64,000 nt of DNA from an uncultured Candidatus Saccharibacteria bacterium (GCA_964615415.1 CAZTNI010000001.1:112746-176745), one strand, 5' to 3'. Positions 35,265-46,756 are shown, numbered from the stretch's first letter. The notes: generated by a model not told the origin, from the letters alone. Made by a program: numbers and translations.

Positions 35265-36647
35265 GTGCGGTACACCAAGGGCGCTGTGAGACCCTGGTCA
35301 CTCAAGACTTTTTATATTCGTGCAGCCATACTACTCGCTTTTTTGAGTGTATTTCTTTTCCGGTTACACGCGACCTTGGAGGCAGAACAAGTACAGGAAC
35401 TAACGCAATTTGCTGGTGAAACAGTGCAAGTTGCGGGGGTGGTTACGGAGGAGCCTGAACGCCGAGAAACATCCTTGCATGTATATCTTGCGGCGAGGGA
35501 AGTGGGTGGCGAGTCTCAAACAGGTAAGGCGCTCGTCGTCCTTCCACGCGATACGAGCGTTTCATATGGAGATAGTGTGGTCGTGCGTGGAAAGATTTCT
35601 TTGCCGGAAAATTTTGAAACGAGTACAGGTCGCGAATTCGATTATAAAAATTATTTGCGTGTGCGCGGAGTGTCTGTGTTGATGCGATATGCAGACGTTG
35701 TTGCGATAGAAGAAGGAGGGTGGTCAGTTACAAAAAGTTTATACGAACTGAAACATGCGTTTGAAACATCGATCGAACGGGTGTTTATCGAGCCGCATGC
35801 ATCGCTCGTCGAAGGGATGCTGCTTGGTGCACGGCGTGGGATTCCCGATGATCTGACGCAAGCATTCGTGCTCGCCGGGCTCATCCATGTACTGGTACTC
35901 TCGGGCTACAACATTTCGATTGTTGCAGAAGCCATGCTGCGCGCGTTGTCATTTTTACCGCGGAAGTATGGGTTTGTGGTTGGAGGCGTCATGATGATTT
36001 TGTTTGCACTCATGACCGGCGCAGGTGCGGCAACGGTGCGCGCAACTATTATGGGACTGATCGCAATTCTTGCACGCTATCTTAACCGGCCCGCCGCCGC
36101 ACTTCGTGCGCTTGGTGTAGCTGCGGCGGCGATGGTGTTGTGGAACCCGCTTGCGCCTGTGTACGACATTTCTTTTATTTTGAGTGTGATTGCAACATTC
36201 GGGCTCATTACGCTATCGCCATGGGTCGAGAAAAAGTTACCGAAGTTTTTTGATCGGCTGCCGAATATAAAATCTATAGCAGCATCAACAATCGCAGTCC
36301 AGATTTTTATTCTGCCTGCACTTTTATATTTCACCGGGGTCCTCTCGTTCCTTTCGGTGTTTGCAAACATTCTCGCCCTGCCGGTTGTGCCACTTATTAT
36401 GTTGTTAGGATTTGTTGCAGGCTTACTTGGGTTGCTGCACCCACTTCTTGCGCTTTTGCCAGCGTTTGGAGCGCAGGTGTTGGTCGAGTGGATACTTGTA
36501 GTTACAACAACTACTGCAGCACTTCCGTTCTCTGCAACCACCGTCGCAGCATTTCCAGTTTGGATCGCAGTAGCGGCGTACATACCCCTAACTTGGTTTG
36601 CAATTACTGCATACCGACGAAACGCTCCTCAATCTTTTTCCAATTAA
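35265..36647 (+). CDS. comEC: ComEC/Rec2 membrane competence domain protein
   Basis: OB-fold region, GLIHVLVLSGYNI, SFILS. Confidence 0.9.
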   Translation: MRYTKGAVRPWSLKTFYIRAAILLAFLSVFLFRLHATLEAEQVQELTQFAGETVQVAGVVTEEPERRETSLHVYLAAREVGGESQTGKALVVLPRDTSVSYGDSVVVRGKISLPENFETSTGREFDYKNYLRVRGVSVLMRYADVVAIEEGGWSVTKSLYELKHAFETSIERVFIEPHASLVEGMLLGARRGIPDDLTQAFVLAGLIHVLVLSGYNISIVAEAMLRALSFLPRKYGFVVGGVMMILFALMTGAGAATVRATIMGLIAILARYLNRPAAALRALGVAAAAMVLWNPLAPVYDISFILSVIATFGLITLSPWVEKKLPKFFDRLPNIKSIAASTIAVQIFILPALLYFTGVLSFLSVFANILALPVVPLIMLLGFVAGLLGLLHPLLALLPAFGAQVLVEWILVVTTTTAALPFSATTVAAFPVWIAVAAYIPLTWFAITAYRRNAPQSFSN

Positions 36648-37194
36648 GATTTTTGAAAAACGCGTCAACGTATTTTGCTTTGCCTTGTGCACCGTAGTCT
36701 AGAAGGTATGCGTGTTCCCACACATCGAGCGCAACGACAATAGGGAGGGTGGCGAGGTGACCGTTGTGCTGTTCGCCAACAAAGCTCATATGGAACGCTT
36801 TATTTTCCGGATTGTAGTAGAGGTTAGACCAGCCCGGTCCGCGCATCATCGCTGTTTGGCGAAGGCGTGCGACTGCAGCATCGGGACTGCCCCAATGTTT
36901 TGTAATAGCTTGTGCAAGTGCAGAGTTTTGGTCGAGCGCTTGTGCGCCACCTTCAAACTGGGGGAAATAGAGCTCGTGTAACTTCATGCCGTCGAACTCA
37001 AACGAGTGACGACGACGCAGTTCGCCAATAGCGAGCGCATTTTTCTCCGGGTCTGCGAGTAAACTTTCTATAGCAGCGCTAATAGTATTGAAATTTTTGA
37101 CGTACCCTGCGTATAGACCAAGGTGCTCCTCAACCGATTTCTCTGAAATGCCTTCAAGGGCAGGGATGCTAAATTTTTTCTCTTCGTAGTGCAT
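36604..37194 (-). CDS. Fe/Mn superoxide dismutase family
   Basis: EEHLGLY, HELYF, DVWEHAY. Confidence 0.92.
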   Translation of the reverse strand: MHYEEKKFSIPALEGISEKSVEEHLGLYAGYVKNFNTISAAIESLLADPEKNALAIGELRRRHSFEFDGMKLHELYFPQFEGGAQALDQNSALAQAITKHWGSPDAAVARLRQTAMMRGPGWSNLYYNPENKAFHMSFVGEQHNGHLATLPIVVALDVWEHAYLLDYGAQGKAKYVDAFFKNLNWKKIEERFVGMQ

Positions 37195-37301
37195 AAGATT
37201 ATTATATACCTTTGCTTATTTCCGCTCGAATAGTTCACCTTGTCAAAGAAGACACTTGTGGCATAATTAATGCAGATGCAACCTGGGCCTGGAGGTTCCC
37301 A

Positions 37302-37589
37302 ATGGTAGATGCAAGTAATGTGGTGTTATTTCCGACACCTGCGCGCAAGTTGCGCAAATCCCGCCAAGATATGCTGCATAAGCTTGGAAGGGAAGCAATG
37401 CTGGGTCTAGAGAGGGTGGTTCGACAAACTATCCCAGAGACATACGACGCTTTGTCCCGAGATGAGCAAGTGCTGTTGGTGGCGACTTACGCGACACAGC
37501 TGCTGCGAGACACGGCGGACAGGTTGGAAACCAAAGTCATACTCCCGCGTTTGGAAGCGGAAAAGGAACGTCTTGAACAAGTGGTGTAG
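37302..37589 (+). CDS. Hypothetical protein
   Basis: GGAGG SD, own promoter and terminator. Confidence 0.65.
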   Translation: MVDASNVVLFPTPARKLRKSRQDMLHKLGREAMLGLERVVRQTIPETYDALSRDEQVLLVATYATQLLRDTADRLETKVILPRLEAEKERLEQVV

Positions 37590-37666
37590 TGAGAATAAAG
37601 GGCGGACAACTGAAACAGTGTCCGCCCTTTTGCTTTTCTCTGTAGTTCTACTAGTCTTACGTGTGT

Positions 37667-38536
37667 ATGCAAAACTTGTGGCGCTATCGATCGTACGTGG
37701 TTGTGGGCGCTCTGGCGTTTGTGGTTGGAGTCATTTGGTGGGCGGCATATACAGAAGCGCAGCCGGGCAAGCTTACGGTGGCGGTCTTAGATGTCGGACA
37801 AGGCGACTCAATATATATTGAGTCGCCCACGGGCACAGAGCTTATTATCGACGGCGGGCCCGATAGTTCCATTTTGCGCGACTTGCCGAAAGTTATGAAT
37901 CCATTCGATAAAACCATTGACGCGCTTATCGAAACGCATCCGGACGCAGACCATATTGGTGGGTTTGTCGACGTGCTGCGTCGCTACAATGTTGGTGCAT
38001 TTATCGAGCCAGGTATTCCGAAAAATACTGCGACTGCGCAAACATTACTCGAAGAGGTGGGTGAAGAGCGGGCGACGCATGTTATTGCGCGGCGTGGCAT
38101 GTACATGGAGCTTGGTGGGGGAGCAGAGCTTCATATTTTATTTCCAGACTTCGATGTGTCGACACTTTCAGAAAGCAAATCGAACGAAGGGGGGATTGTT
38201 GCACGGCTTGTATATGGAGATACTTCAATGCTTTTTATGGCAGACGTTTCAAAAAAGGTTGAAGAGCGACTGATTGTGTTGGAGGGAGAAAAACTACAAA
38301 GTGATATTTTAAAAGTGGGGCACCATGGTTCAAAAAACTCTACGAGCGAAGAATTTCTAAAAACAGTGCTTCCTGCAGCGGCACTTATTTCCGTGGGAGA
38401 GAAAAATCGCTACGGCCACCCAACTGAAGAAGTGCTTACGGAGCTTTCTCTTCAAAATATAAAAACCCTTCGTACCGACGAAGAGGGGACAATCATCTTT
38501 GAATCAGACGGAAAAGAGTTTGTGCAGAAGCGTTAG
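37667..38536 (+). CDS. ComEC-type metallo-beta-lactamase-fold protein
   Basis: DVGQGD, THPDADHIGG, KVGHHGS, NRYGHP. Confidence 0.92.
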   Translation: MQNLWRYRSYVVVGALAFVVGVIWWAAYTEAQPGKLTVAVLDVGQGDSIYIESPTGTELIIDGGPDSSILRDLPKVMNPFDKTIDALIETHPDADHIGGFVDVLRRYNVGAFIEPGIPKNTATAQTLLEEVGEERATHVIARRGMYMELGGGAELHILFPDFDVSTLSESKSNEGGIVARLVYGDTSMLFMADVSKKVEERLIVLEGEKLQSDILKVGHHGSKNSTSEEFLKTVLPAAALISVGEKNRYGHPTEEVLTELSLQNIKTLRTDEEGTIIFESDGKEFVQKR

Positions 38537-38583
38537 GTTTGATATCTTCTGTGTTGGTAGTTTCTCAATGTAAGGAGGAAGAC

Positions 38584-39009
38584 GTGTCCAATCGTGCTGA
38601 CTCACTCACTGGAGCGCTTGTGATAGTGCTGCTGTCGTTCCTGTTTGGATATCCAGTGCTCGTGTATCTATCTCCAATTACGGGAGAGTGGTTTGCGAGC
38701 CTTCTGCTTGTCCATGTGGGTACGTTGGTGGGAGTGTGCGTCGCCTATGCGGTTGCAAAAACTGCCAAAGCTGCACTCCGATTCTTTTTGTTCAGACCCG
38801 GCATCTTGCCGATAGTCTATGCCTTTTTTCTTACCAATGTCGCGACTGTCCAAGCATATTTGGAAGAGGCAGGAATGCTAAGAGAGACTGCAGGTATTCC
38901 GTATCTCCTCATCTCTGTCGCGTTTGTGCTTGGCTGGTACGGTCTGGTGCGAAAGAACTTCGGCCTCCTTTCGGACTGGGTGCTTCGCAAGAAGGTGCCG
39001 CAGCTCTAA
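38584..39009 (+). CDS. Hypothetical membrane protein
   Basis: AAGGAGG SD, GTG start, 4 TM segments. Confidence 0.7.
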   Translation: MSNRADSLTGALVIVLLSFLFGYPVLVYLSPITGEWFASLLLVHVGTLVGVCVAYAVAKTAKAALRFFLFRPGILPIVYAFFLTNVATVQAYLEEAGMLRETAGIPYLLISVAFVLGWYGLVRKNFGLLSDWVLRKKVPQL

Positions 39010-39054
39010 ACTAAAAACCGCCTCGGGGTAACCGAGGCGGTTTTCTTTTTCTGG

Positions 39055-39297
39055 TTAGATGAGACCGGCTTCCTTAAGAGTTTTGTAGGCACCGTTCTTG
39101 GCGATAGTGCGGAGGCCTTGGGTAGAGACGTTAATCGTAACGGTACGATTAAGTTCCGGCACAAAAATGCGCTTCTTTTGAATATTCGGCTGCTTGCGGA
39201 CAGCACCCGTCGGGTTGAACTTCGTTGCGCGGACACGGTTAGAGTAGCCGCCTGCAACCTTTGAACCCTTGCCAGTTATTGCACAAATTTTTGCCAT
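39055..39297 (-). CDS. rpmB: 50S ribosomal protein L28
   Basis: MAKICAITGK, PNIQKKRIF. Confidence 0.95.
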   Translation of the reverse strand: MAKICAITGKGSKVAGGYSNRVRATKFNPTGAVRKQPNIQKKRIFVPELNRTVTINVSTQGLRTIAKNGAYKTLKEAGLI

Positions 39298-39336
39298 ATT
39301 TTTTAAGCTCCGTTATGGTATCATGACTTCATAAAT

Positions 39337-39972
39337 ATGCAAATAGACCTTATTTTCGGCCTCGCAGTTCTTGCCTTTTCGGCCATTTTACACGAAGTTG
39401 CGCACGGCTATATGGCCAACTACCTGGGCGACCCGACTGCGCGCCTTATGGGCCGTCTTACCCTAAATCCTGTTAAGCATATCGACCCGATCGGTTCGAT
39501 TTTGCTCCCGGGTATCCTTATTTTGACTCACGCACCGCTCTTTATTGGCTATGCAAAGCCGGTCCCATACAACCCGTACAACCTGCGGGGCAAGTATGGC
39601 GAGACGCTCGTTGCTGCTGCGGGCCCTGCAACTAACGTGTTAATTGCGGTTATTTTTGGCCTCCTGATGCGCTTTGGGGGAGTATCTATGACGCAGTCGA
39701 TGCTCGAGGCATTTGCAGTTATTGTGTTTATCAATATTTTGCTTGCGCTATTTAACCTTATTCCGGTGCCGCCACTTGATGGTTCAAAGGTACTATCGGG
39801 CATTTTGCCACGAGGACTCGCACGGGGGTACGACGTCTTTCGTATTAACTTCGAGCGCCTCGGCATTCTCTCGGGCACCCTGCTGCTCCTTATTTTGCTC
39901 TATATATTCTCGCCCGTATTCTTTGGTTTTATCTCTACTGTCTTCAATCTTTTGACGGGGTACACGCTCTAG
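39337..39972 (+). CDS. Site-2 protease (M50)
   Basis: HEVAH, AGP, NLIPVPPLDG. Confidence 0.95.
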   Translation: MQIDLIFGLAVLAFSAILHEVAHGYMANYLGDPTARLMGRLTLNPVKHIDPIGSILLPGILILTHAPLFIGYAKPVPYNPYNLRGKYGETLVAAAGPATNVLIAVIFGLLMRFGGVSMTQSMLEAFAVIVFINILLALFNLIPVPPLDGSKVLSGILPRGLARGYDVFRINFERLGILSGTLLLLILLYIFSPVFFGFISTVFNLLTGYTL

Positions 39973-40036
39973 GTTGCGATAAATATAAGCCTATAGTATA
40001 TTGTCCTCAACGCGCAGGGCGCGTTTTTCATTACAG

Positions 40037-40444
40037 ATGGCACGTATTTCACAACTCGTCCGCAAGGGACGCAAAAAGCAAACCAGCAAATCTAAAGCGC
40101 CGGCACTCCAGCGCGGCTTTAACGTGATCCAAAACCGCCCTATCTTCTACTCGTCACCATTTAAGCGTGGCGTATGCACCAAGGTAACGACTACCACTCC
40201 TCGTAAGCCTAACTCAGCTATCCGTAAGATCGCTCGCGTTCGCTTGACCAACGGTCAGGAAATTACTGCCTACATCCCAGGCGAGGGTCACAACCTCCAG
40301 GAGCACTCAGTGGTGCTTGTACGCGCAGGCCGCGTGAAGGACATTAACGTTCGCTACCAAGTGGTGCGCGGCAAGCTCGATGCTGCTCCGGTAGAGAAGC
40401 GTAACGTGTCTCGCTCACGCTACGGTGTGAAGGGTAAGAAATAA
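40037..40444 (+). CDS. rpsL: 30S ribosomal protein S12
   Basis: [21 protein letters not shown]. Confidence 0.98.
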   Translation: MARISQLVRKGRKKQTSKSKAPALQRGFNVIQNRPIFYSSPFKRGVCTKVTTTTPRKPNSAIRKIARVRLTNGQEITAYIPGEGHNLQEHSVVLVRAGRVKDINVRYQVVRGKLDAAPVEKRNVSRSRYGVKGKK

Positions 40445-40449
40445 TTTAT

Positions 40450-40920
40450 ATGCGTCGACCAGTAAAGAATCGTAACCAAGTTACTCCAGATCTGAAGTTC
40501 AACTCACTCCGCGTTGAGAAGTTTATTAACTCTGTAATGTGGGATGGAAAGAAGTCTACTGCTCGCAAGGTGGTATACGATGCTTTCGACATTATTAAAG
40601 AGAAGACAAAGACCGACGCTCCACTTGAAGTCTTTGAGACAGCACTCCGCAACGTTGGTCCTGCAATGGAAATTCGCTCACGTCGCGTTGGTGGTGCTAA
40701 CTACCAGGTGCCGCGCGAGGTTCGTCCAGAGCGCAAACAGGCACTCGCATTCCGCTGGATCCTTCTTGCAGCTCGCGGTGGTAAGGGTAAGCCTATGGCA
40801 GAGAAGCTCGCTACTGAAATTATTGCAGCAGCAAACAACGAAGGTTCTGCAGTGAAGAAGCGCGAAGACACCCACAAGATGGCAGAAGCAAACAAGGCAT
40901 TCGCACACTTCGCTTGGTAA
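40450..40920 (+). CDS. rpsG: 30S ribosomal protein S7
   Basis: [21 protein letters not shown]. Confidence 0.98.
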   Translation: MRRPVKNRNQVTPDLKFNSLRVEKFINSVMWDGKKSTARKVVYDAFDIIKEKTKTDAPLEVFETALRNVGPAMEIRSRRVGGANYQVPREVRPERKQALAFRWILLAARGGKGKPMAEKLATEIIAAANNEGSAVKKREDTHKMAEANKAFAHFAW

Positions 40921-40976
40921 TTCAAAAAACTCCAAAGAAAAAGGCCCGCGTAATCGCGGGCCTTTTGTAATCTGCG

Positions 40977-41396
40977 CTAGCCGGTGATTGTTATGGTGCT
41001 GTTGGGTCCCCAATCGTATTCAATCACTCGGCACTCTTCATCCACCAACACAGGCTCTCTTCCTTCAAGAAATAGGTATCGGCCACCTGCGCCCTGCTGC
41101 CACCCACCTTCCACTAAGTAGGGGATAGGTGCGCACCCAGGGGTGTAGAAGTACGCCGCTCCGGTCACAGTCTCGCCGGAGATGGTGCCGGTAAACATGA
41201 TGGACGCGGGTTGTACTCCCGCTGCAGCCAAGTCTGCTCGGGGTGTGCGGTAGATGATGTACATCCGCATCTGCCCGTCGTATTCTTCCTCGAAAATTTC
41301 CATACGGGAGCCGTTGTAGTTCATAAAGAACGACTGGGCTGCTCCAGGACTAACAAGGAAGGCAAGTGCACATATGCAAAGAACAAGGCGTCTCAT
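40977..41396 (-). CDS. Hypothetical secreted protein
   Basis: Signal peptide MRRLVLCICALAFLVSPGAA; GGAG SD. Confidence 0.75.
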   Translation of the reverse strand: MRRLVLCICALAFLVSPGAAQSFFMNYNGSRMEIFEEEYDGQMRMYIIYRTPRADLAAAGVQPASIMFTGTISGETVTGAAYFYTPGCAPIPYLVEGGWQQGAGGRYLFLEGREPVLVDEECRVIEYDWGPNSTITITG

Positions 41397-41548
41397 CTTT
41401 TCTCTCCGTTGTGAGGCAAAGCGCCGCTGCTACGGTATCGCGACTGTAAAATAGTTGTCAAACGACCGTCTTCATTGACAGGATTACTCAGGGCACATAC
41501 GCTCTTCGGTAGTCGTACGTTCTTCATACATGAAAGGATGCAAAGTAG

Positions 41549-42679
41549 ATGGACCACGCACTTAAACGTGTCGGTCCGCTTGGGGCCGATCCTATTATGC
41601 AGCGCATCCAAGCGTTGCATGATGCACAGCTTCCGCTGACTCCCGAAGCGCCAAAGGATCTACAGAAAATCGTCTGTGTGGGCGGTGGTACAGGGTCGCC
41701 CATGGTGGTCGAGGGGTTGCTACACTTTCCGGTGTATCCGATCTCTATAACCACCATGTTCGACAGTGGGGGAAACAGTGGTGAGTTGCGCGACGTGCAC
41801 GGCATTCTCCCTCCGGGAGACTTCCGTCGCGCGGTGCTTGCACATAGTGGCGACGACGAGTCGTCGCTCGAGCTGCGTAAACTCTTCAGGTACCGTTATT
41901 CAAAAGACGAAGCATCGCCACTCTCGGGACACGTGGGGGGTAACCTCATATTCCTTATGTGTGAGATCGCTTTTGGTCGCGAAGAAGCGGTGCGTATTTT
42001 CCCGAAGCTTTTCAAAATTCGCGGGGAAGTGCTACCGGTTTCTCTTACTGATGCAACGCTGTGTCTGCAGTACTCTGATGGCACAGTGGTGCGAGGAGAA
42101 GGAAACATTGCCCACCAGAAGCTCGGAAGGAATGTGTATGTGGTTAAGGCTTGGCTAGAACCAAGACTTCCAACCGCTACCGTTGTTCCGTACTCTCGTG
42201 CGCTGCAAAGTTTGGGGGAAGCGGGAGCGATCGTTCTTGGGCCGGGGAGCTTGTTCTCCTCTGTCATACCGAACATGATCGTTCCGAATTTCGTCGATGC
42301 TATCAATGTGGCAGAGCAAGCTAAGCTTGTGTTCGTTGTTAACTTGATGAACGAGCCTGCCGAGACGCGCGGCTATACGGTGGCAGATTTTGTCGATGTG
42401 TTGTATCGACATGGTTTGAAGCGACCCATCGACGCGTTGCTCGTGAACGAAGGCGGCATCTCTCCGCAGTTGGCGCGCAAGTATCAGCGTAAAGGGAGTG
42501 CAAAAGTCCGTCTCACGCTGTCTGCCGAGAAAAGACTCAAAGGACGGGTGAGAGACATAGTCTTGGAAGACTTGGTGAGCGAAGAAGGTTTTTCGGAAAA
42601 CCTCATTCGCCACGATCCTCTCAAGGTTGCCGCACAGATCGTCTCGCTGTTACCTCCCGAGGAGCGGATGCGTGCATAA
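41549..42679 (+). CDS. YvcK/GlmR (CofD-like) family protein
   Basis: GGGTG, DSGGNSG, PPGD, GPGSLFSS. Confidence 0.92.
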   Translation: MDHALKRVGPLGADPIMQRIQALHDAQLPLTPEAPKDLQKIVCVGGGTGSPMVVEGLLHFPVYPISITTMFDSGGNSGELRDVHGILPPGDFRRAVLAHSGDDESSLELRKLFRYRYSKDEASPLSGHVGGNLIFLMCEIAFGREEAVRIFPKLFKIRGEVLPVSLTDATLCLQYSDGTVVRGEGNIAHQKLGRNVYVVKAWLEPRLPTATVVPYSRALQSLGEAGAIVLGPGSLFSSVIPNMIVPNFVDAINVAEQAKLVFVVNLMNEPAETRGYTVADFVDVLYRHGLKRPIDALLVNEGGISPQLARKYQRKGSAKVRLTLSAEKRLKGRVRDIVLEDLVSEEGFSENLIRHDPLKVAAQIVSLLPPEERMRA

Positions 42680-42809
42680 TCCCGTCGCGTCCATGGACGC
42701 GACGGGATTCTTTTTATCAGGCTGATGTCTGACATCTTCATGTGCAATACAGAAAGGAAGGTATACAGTGGGAAAGGAAGTTCTGGCGGAAGAAACAGGG
42801 GATACATAG

Positions 42810-43307
42810 GTGGAGAAACAAGGAAATGTTCGATTCATAACCGATTGCGACGACACGCTGATTCAGACGTATGTGCCAAATCAGCCCCCGGTCCCTGGAG
42901 CTGAAGAATTTTTACGGCGATGGGGGCCAGAAACAGTGCTTCTTTCTGTGGGAGAGAAGGATACGCAGATCGAAAAGCTTACACGGGCGAACCTGACCCA
43001 CTTCCACACCTGGCTTATTGTGAGTTCTCCTAAGGATAAGGCGGACAGAATTCACGACGTGGCGCGTGTGTGGAGGAGGGAAGGGAACCCCGTTATCATG
43101 ATCGGCGATCGTCTGGACTACGACATTGCTCCGGCGAAAAAAGCTGGACTAGTCGCGGTTCGCATGCGGCACCCCTACGGAAAAGAAGAGTACCGCCTCC
43201 GAGAACCTCGTACAGAGAGGCCGGAGGAGTGGCCCGACCTAACGGTAACGAACTTTAACGAGTTCTTGGAAAAATTGCCCTTACTTATATACCCGTCGTC
43301 TCTCTAG
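42810..43307 (+). CDS. HAD-family hydrolase
   Basis: DCDDTL, MIGDRLDYDI. Confidence 0.85.
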   Translation: MEKQGNVRFITDCDDTLIQTYVPNQPPVPGAEEFLRRWGPETVLLSVGEKDTQIEKLTRANLTHFHTWLIVSSPKDKADRIHDVARVWRREGNPVIMIGDRLDYDIAPAKKAGLVAVRMRHPYGKEEYRLREPRTERPEEWPDLTVTNFNEFLEKLPLLIYPSSL

Positions 43308-43400
43308 GCGCCGGGTATTTTTTTGTCTTGCCTTTTTGCAAATTTTCGTTATTCTTATGCGTAATGCCGCCATTGGCGGATTTTATTTTAAAAAACCCTT

Positions 43401-45551
43401 ATGTCTACTAGAGATTATCCACTCGAGCGAGTTCGTAACTTCGGTATCATCGCCCACATCGACGCAGGAAAAACAACTACGTCTGAACGCGTGCTCTACT
43501 ACACCGGTGCTCAGCACAAGATCGGCGAAGTGCATGATGGTGCGACCACGACCGACTGGATGGAGCAGGAGCGTGAGCGCGGCATCACTATTACTGCCGC
43601 TGCTATTACCTGTTTCTGGTCCCGCACAAGTGAGCCAGATAAAAAGGACGCATCTAAGAAATTCCGCTTCAATATTATCGACACTCCAGGCCACATCGAC
43701 TTTACCGTTGAAGTAAAGCGCTCACTCCGCGTGCTCGACGGTGCAGTGGTGGTGTTCGACGGTGTTGCTGGTGTAGAACCACAATCAGAAACGAACTGGC
43801 GTTACGCAGACGAGGCTATGGTGCCGCGCATCTGTTTCATCAACAAGCTCGATCGTACCGGCGCATCGTTTGAAAAGTCTTACCACTCTATTCTTGATCG
43901 TTTGAGCAAGAATGCAGTTCGTATGCAGCTTCCAATTGGATCAGAAGGCGACTTTGAAGGTGTTGTCGATCTTCTTGCTATGAAGAGCTACCGCCAAGAG
44001 GGCAACATGGGCGACATTGTTATCGAAGGCGAGATTCCTGAAAACATGGTTGCTGATGCAAAGAAGTACCGTGCAGAACTTGTTGAGAAAATTGTTGAGA
44101 CTGACGAGGCTTTGATGACTGCGTATCTCGATGGTAAAGAGCCTTCTCTTGAGGATCTTAAAATTGCACTTCGTAAGGCGGTTATTGCAAACAAGATTTT
44201 CCCTGTATATACCGGTTCTGCGTTGAAAAATAAGGGTGTACAGTTGGTGCTCGACGCCGTTGTTGACTACCTTCCGTCTCCACTCGACATGCCGGCTGTT
44301 AAGGGTATTGATCCTAAGACAGGCGAGACTATTGAACGTCACGCTTCTGACAGTGAGCCATTCTGTGCGCTTGCATTCAAACTCCAGGCAGACCCATTCG
44401 TTGGTCAGCTTACCTTCTTCCGTGTGTACTCAGGTACTATCGAGGCAGGTTCATATATCTACAACTCGACCACTGGTACAAAGGAGCGCTTGGGTCGCAT
44501 TGTGCGTCTTCAGGCAAATGAACGGGAAGAAGTGAAGAAGGTGTATGCAGGAGAAATTGCTGCAGCCGTAGGTTTGAAAGACACCAAGACCTCTCATACG
44601 CTCTGCGACGACACAAATCCAATTATTCTCGAGCAGATCAAATTCCCAGAGCCAGTTATTTCTCTCCGTATTGAGCCGAAGACAAAGGCCGACCAAGAGA
44701 AAATGGGTATGGCAATGAAGAAACTTGCCGACGAAGACCCAACCTTCAAGGTTACGACCGACACGGAGACCATGGAGACCCTTATCTCGGGCATGGGTGA
44801 ACTCCACCTCGAAATTATCGTTGACCGTATGAAGCGCGAGTTCGGCGTTGAAGCAAACGTTGGTAAGCCACAAGTTGCATATCGCGAGACTATTCAGAAA
44901 GAAGCAGAAGCGGAAGGTAAGTACATCAAGCAAACCGGAGGTAAAGGTCAGTACGGTCACGTGCGCCTTCGCCTGAAGCCACTTGAGAAGCTTGAAGAGG
45001 GTGCAAAAATTTCTAAGAACACCACTCGTGAGGATCACTTCGAGTTCATTAACAGTATTAAGGGAGGCGTTGTGCCGATTGAATTCATCCCGCCAGTTGA
45101 AAAAGGTGTTCGCGAAGCTATGGAGCGCGGTATTGTTGCTGGCTTCAAGATGGTAGATATCTCTGCCGAGCTTTACGACGGTTCCTACCACGACGTGGAC
45201 TCATCAGAAATCGCCTTTAAAATCGCGGCTTCTATGGCCTTCCAGGATGCCGCTAAGGCTGCTAAGCCAGTGCTCCTTGAGCCTATTATGAAAGTTGAGG
45301 TAGTGGTGCCAGAGAAGTTCATGGGTGACATCACCGGTTCTCTTAACTCAAAGCGCGGCCAGATTGAAGGCATGGAGGAGCGCGGTATGGCACGTGCAAT
45401 TAAGGCTAAGGTGCCGCTTTCCGAGATGTTCGGCTACACCACAGCGCTTCGTTCTATGACGGAAGGCCGTGCAAGCTTCACCATGGAATTCGACCATTAC
45501 GAAGTTGTGCCGCCAAACGTAGCAGCAACTATCGTCGCCGCTCGTAAATAG
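43401..45551 (+). CDS. fusA: Elongation factor G
   Basis: [20 protein letters not shown]. Confidence 0.99.
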   Translation: MSTRDYPLERVRNFGIIAHIDAGKTTTSERVLYYTGAQHKIGEVHDGATTTDWMEQERERGITITAAAITCFWSRTSEPDKKDASKKFRFNIIDTPGHIDFTVEVKRSLRVLDGAVVVFDGVAGVEPQSETNWRYADEAMVPRICFINKLDRTGASFEKSYHSILDRLSKNAVRMQLPIGSEGDFEGVVDLLAMKSYRQEGNMGDIVIEGEIPENMVADAKKYRAELVEKIVETDEALMTAYLDGKEPSLEDLKIALRKAVIANKIFPVYTGSALKNKGVQLVLDAVVDYLPSPLDMPAVKGIDPKTGETIERHASDSEPFCALAFKLQADPFVGQLTFFRVYSGTIEAGSYIYNSTTGTKERLGRIVRLQANEREEVKKVYAGEIAAAVGLKDTKTSHTLCDDTNPIILEQIKFPEPVISLRIEPKTKADQEKMGMAMKKLADEDPTFKVTTDTETMETLISGMGELHLEIIVDRMKREFGVEANVGKPQVAYRETIQKEAEAEGKYIKQTGGKGQYGHVRLRLKPLEKLEEGAKISKNTTREDHFEFINSIKGGVVPIEFIPPVEKGVREAMERGIVAGFKMVDISAELYDGSYHDVDSSEIAFKIAASMAFQDAAKAAKPVLLEPIMKVEVVVPEKFMGDITGSLNSKRGQIEGMEERGMARAIKAKVPLSEMFGYTTALRSMTEGRASFTMEFDHYEVVPPNVAATIVAARK

Positions 45552-45686
45552 TTATCCCCACATATCCCCACAACCTACTTGCGGGGAATCGAAAAAGAGA
45601 GAGAATGATGACTACAGGGTATCCAGCGAAAGCTGGGTGCCCCTTTTTCGTTTTACATTATTTATTTTTAGTTTCTCTTTATCACC

Positions 45687-46685
45687 ATGAAAGTTCTCGC
45701 GCACGTGCTTCCTCGTCAGATTGGTCTTGGCTCATTGATGGCTACGCTTGTCGTTGCGTGCTGTCTGTTTTCATTTGCAATGCCTCGAGCTCATGCGGCT
45801 GCTCTTACAGAGTCGCAAAAGGAGGCCATTGTTAACCTGCTTGCATCTTTTAATGCAGACGCGGAAGTGGTTTCAAATGTGCGCGGGGCGCTTGATGGCG
45901 TAAAGACTCGGGTGTCTGGCAGTGATACGTACATGCCAGAAAAGCGAGATGATAAGCCGATGCTGGGTGAAAAGCGTGCCTTGCCAGCAGTGTGTGCTGT
46001 GCTGACACGCGCCTTGAAAAAAGGCTCGTCAGGGGATGACGTGACCGCGCTCCAAGCCTTTTTGCAACAAACAGGCGATTTGCGCGCTACGTCAACCACC
46101 AACTACTTCGGTGCAGTAACCGAGCGTGCACTCCAAATGTGGCAAACACGCATGGGTATTGTTGGTCAAGGTGATGCAGATTCAACAGGTTTTGGTGCTT
46201 TTGGTCCAAAGACACGCGACATGCTCGTTGGACAGTGCAGAACGATATTCGGAGGCGCTACAACGACTCCGGGGTATCCACTGCCACCAACTGCTCGTGC
46301 AAGCGAGCCGATAGATCCTACTGTTTCTCCTACTTGTACGCTTGTTTCCAACAAGCAGACAATAAAAGCTGGGGAAGTAGTGGTCCTTACGTGGAATAGT
46401 AAAAATGCTACGTACGCAGGCAGTCCAAGTGGCCAAAAAGACTCTGTCTATGGCTCACGCAAAGTGATGCCAGGCGAGACAACGACCTACGTGAAAAAGG
46501 TCTATGGTCCCGCAGGCGAGGGACAGTGTACGGTCACGGTTACCGTCGAGGGTACTGTGCCTGCTGCAGAACAAAAAGTGGTAGTAGCACCTTCTCCTGT
46601 AGGTGTCGGCCGAGTTCTCTCGCTTATGGGCTCGGGTGTCGCAGCGGTGTTTGAGGGCTACGTCAGCCTCTTCGACTTCCAATAA
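45687..46685 (+). CDS. Exported peptidoglycan-binding domain protein
   Basis: Signal peptide; LKKGSSGDDVTALQAFL, FGPKTR. Confidence 0.8.
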   Translation: MKVLAHVLPRQIGLGSLMATLVVACCLFSFAMPRAHAAALTESQKEAIVNLLASFNADAEVVSNVRGALDGVKTRVSGSDTYMPEKRDDKPMLGEKRALPAVCAVLTRALKKGSSGDDVTALQAFLQQTGDLRATSTTNYFGAVTERALQMWQTRMGIVGQGDADSTGFGAFGPKTRDMLVGQCRTIFGGATTTPGYPLPPTARASEPIDPTVSPTCTLVSNKQTIKAGEVVVLTWNSKNATYAGSPSGQKDSVYGSRKVMPGETTTYVKKVYGPAGEGQCTVTVTVEGTVPAAEQKVVVAPSPVGVGRVLSLMGSGVAAVFEGYVSLFDFQ

Positions 46686-46756
46686 AAGTTGCACCGTGTC
46701 TACGGTAGTGCTTCAATAGCAGCTGGGAGTTCCTCTTGTAAAAAGGAGCACTACAG

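Noticed and set aside
45552-45572. Tandem TATCCCCACA repeat after fusA (DnaA-box-like)
   Set aside because: Only two imperfect boxes with no supporting context.
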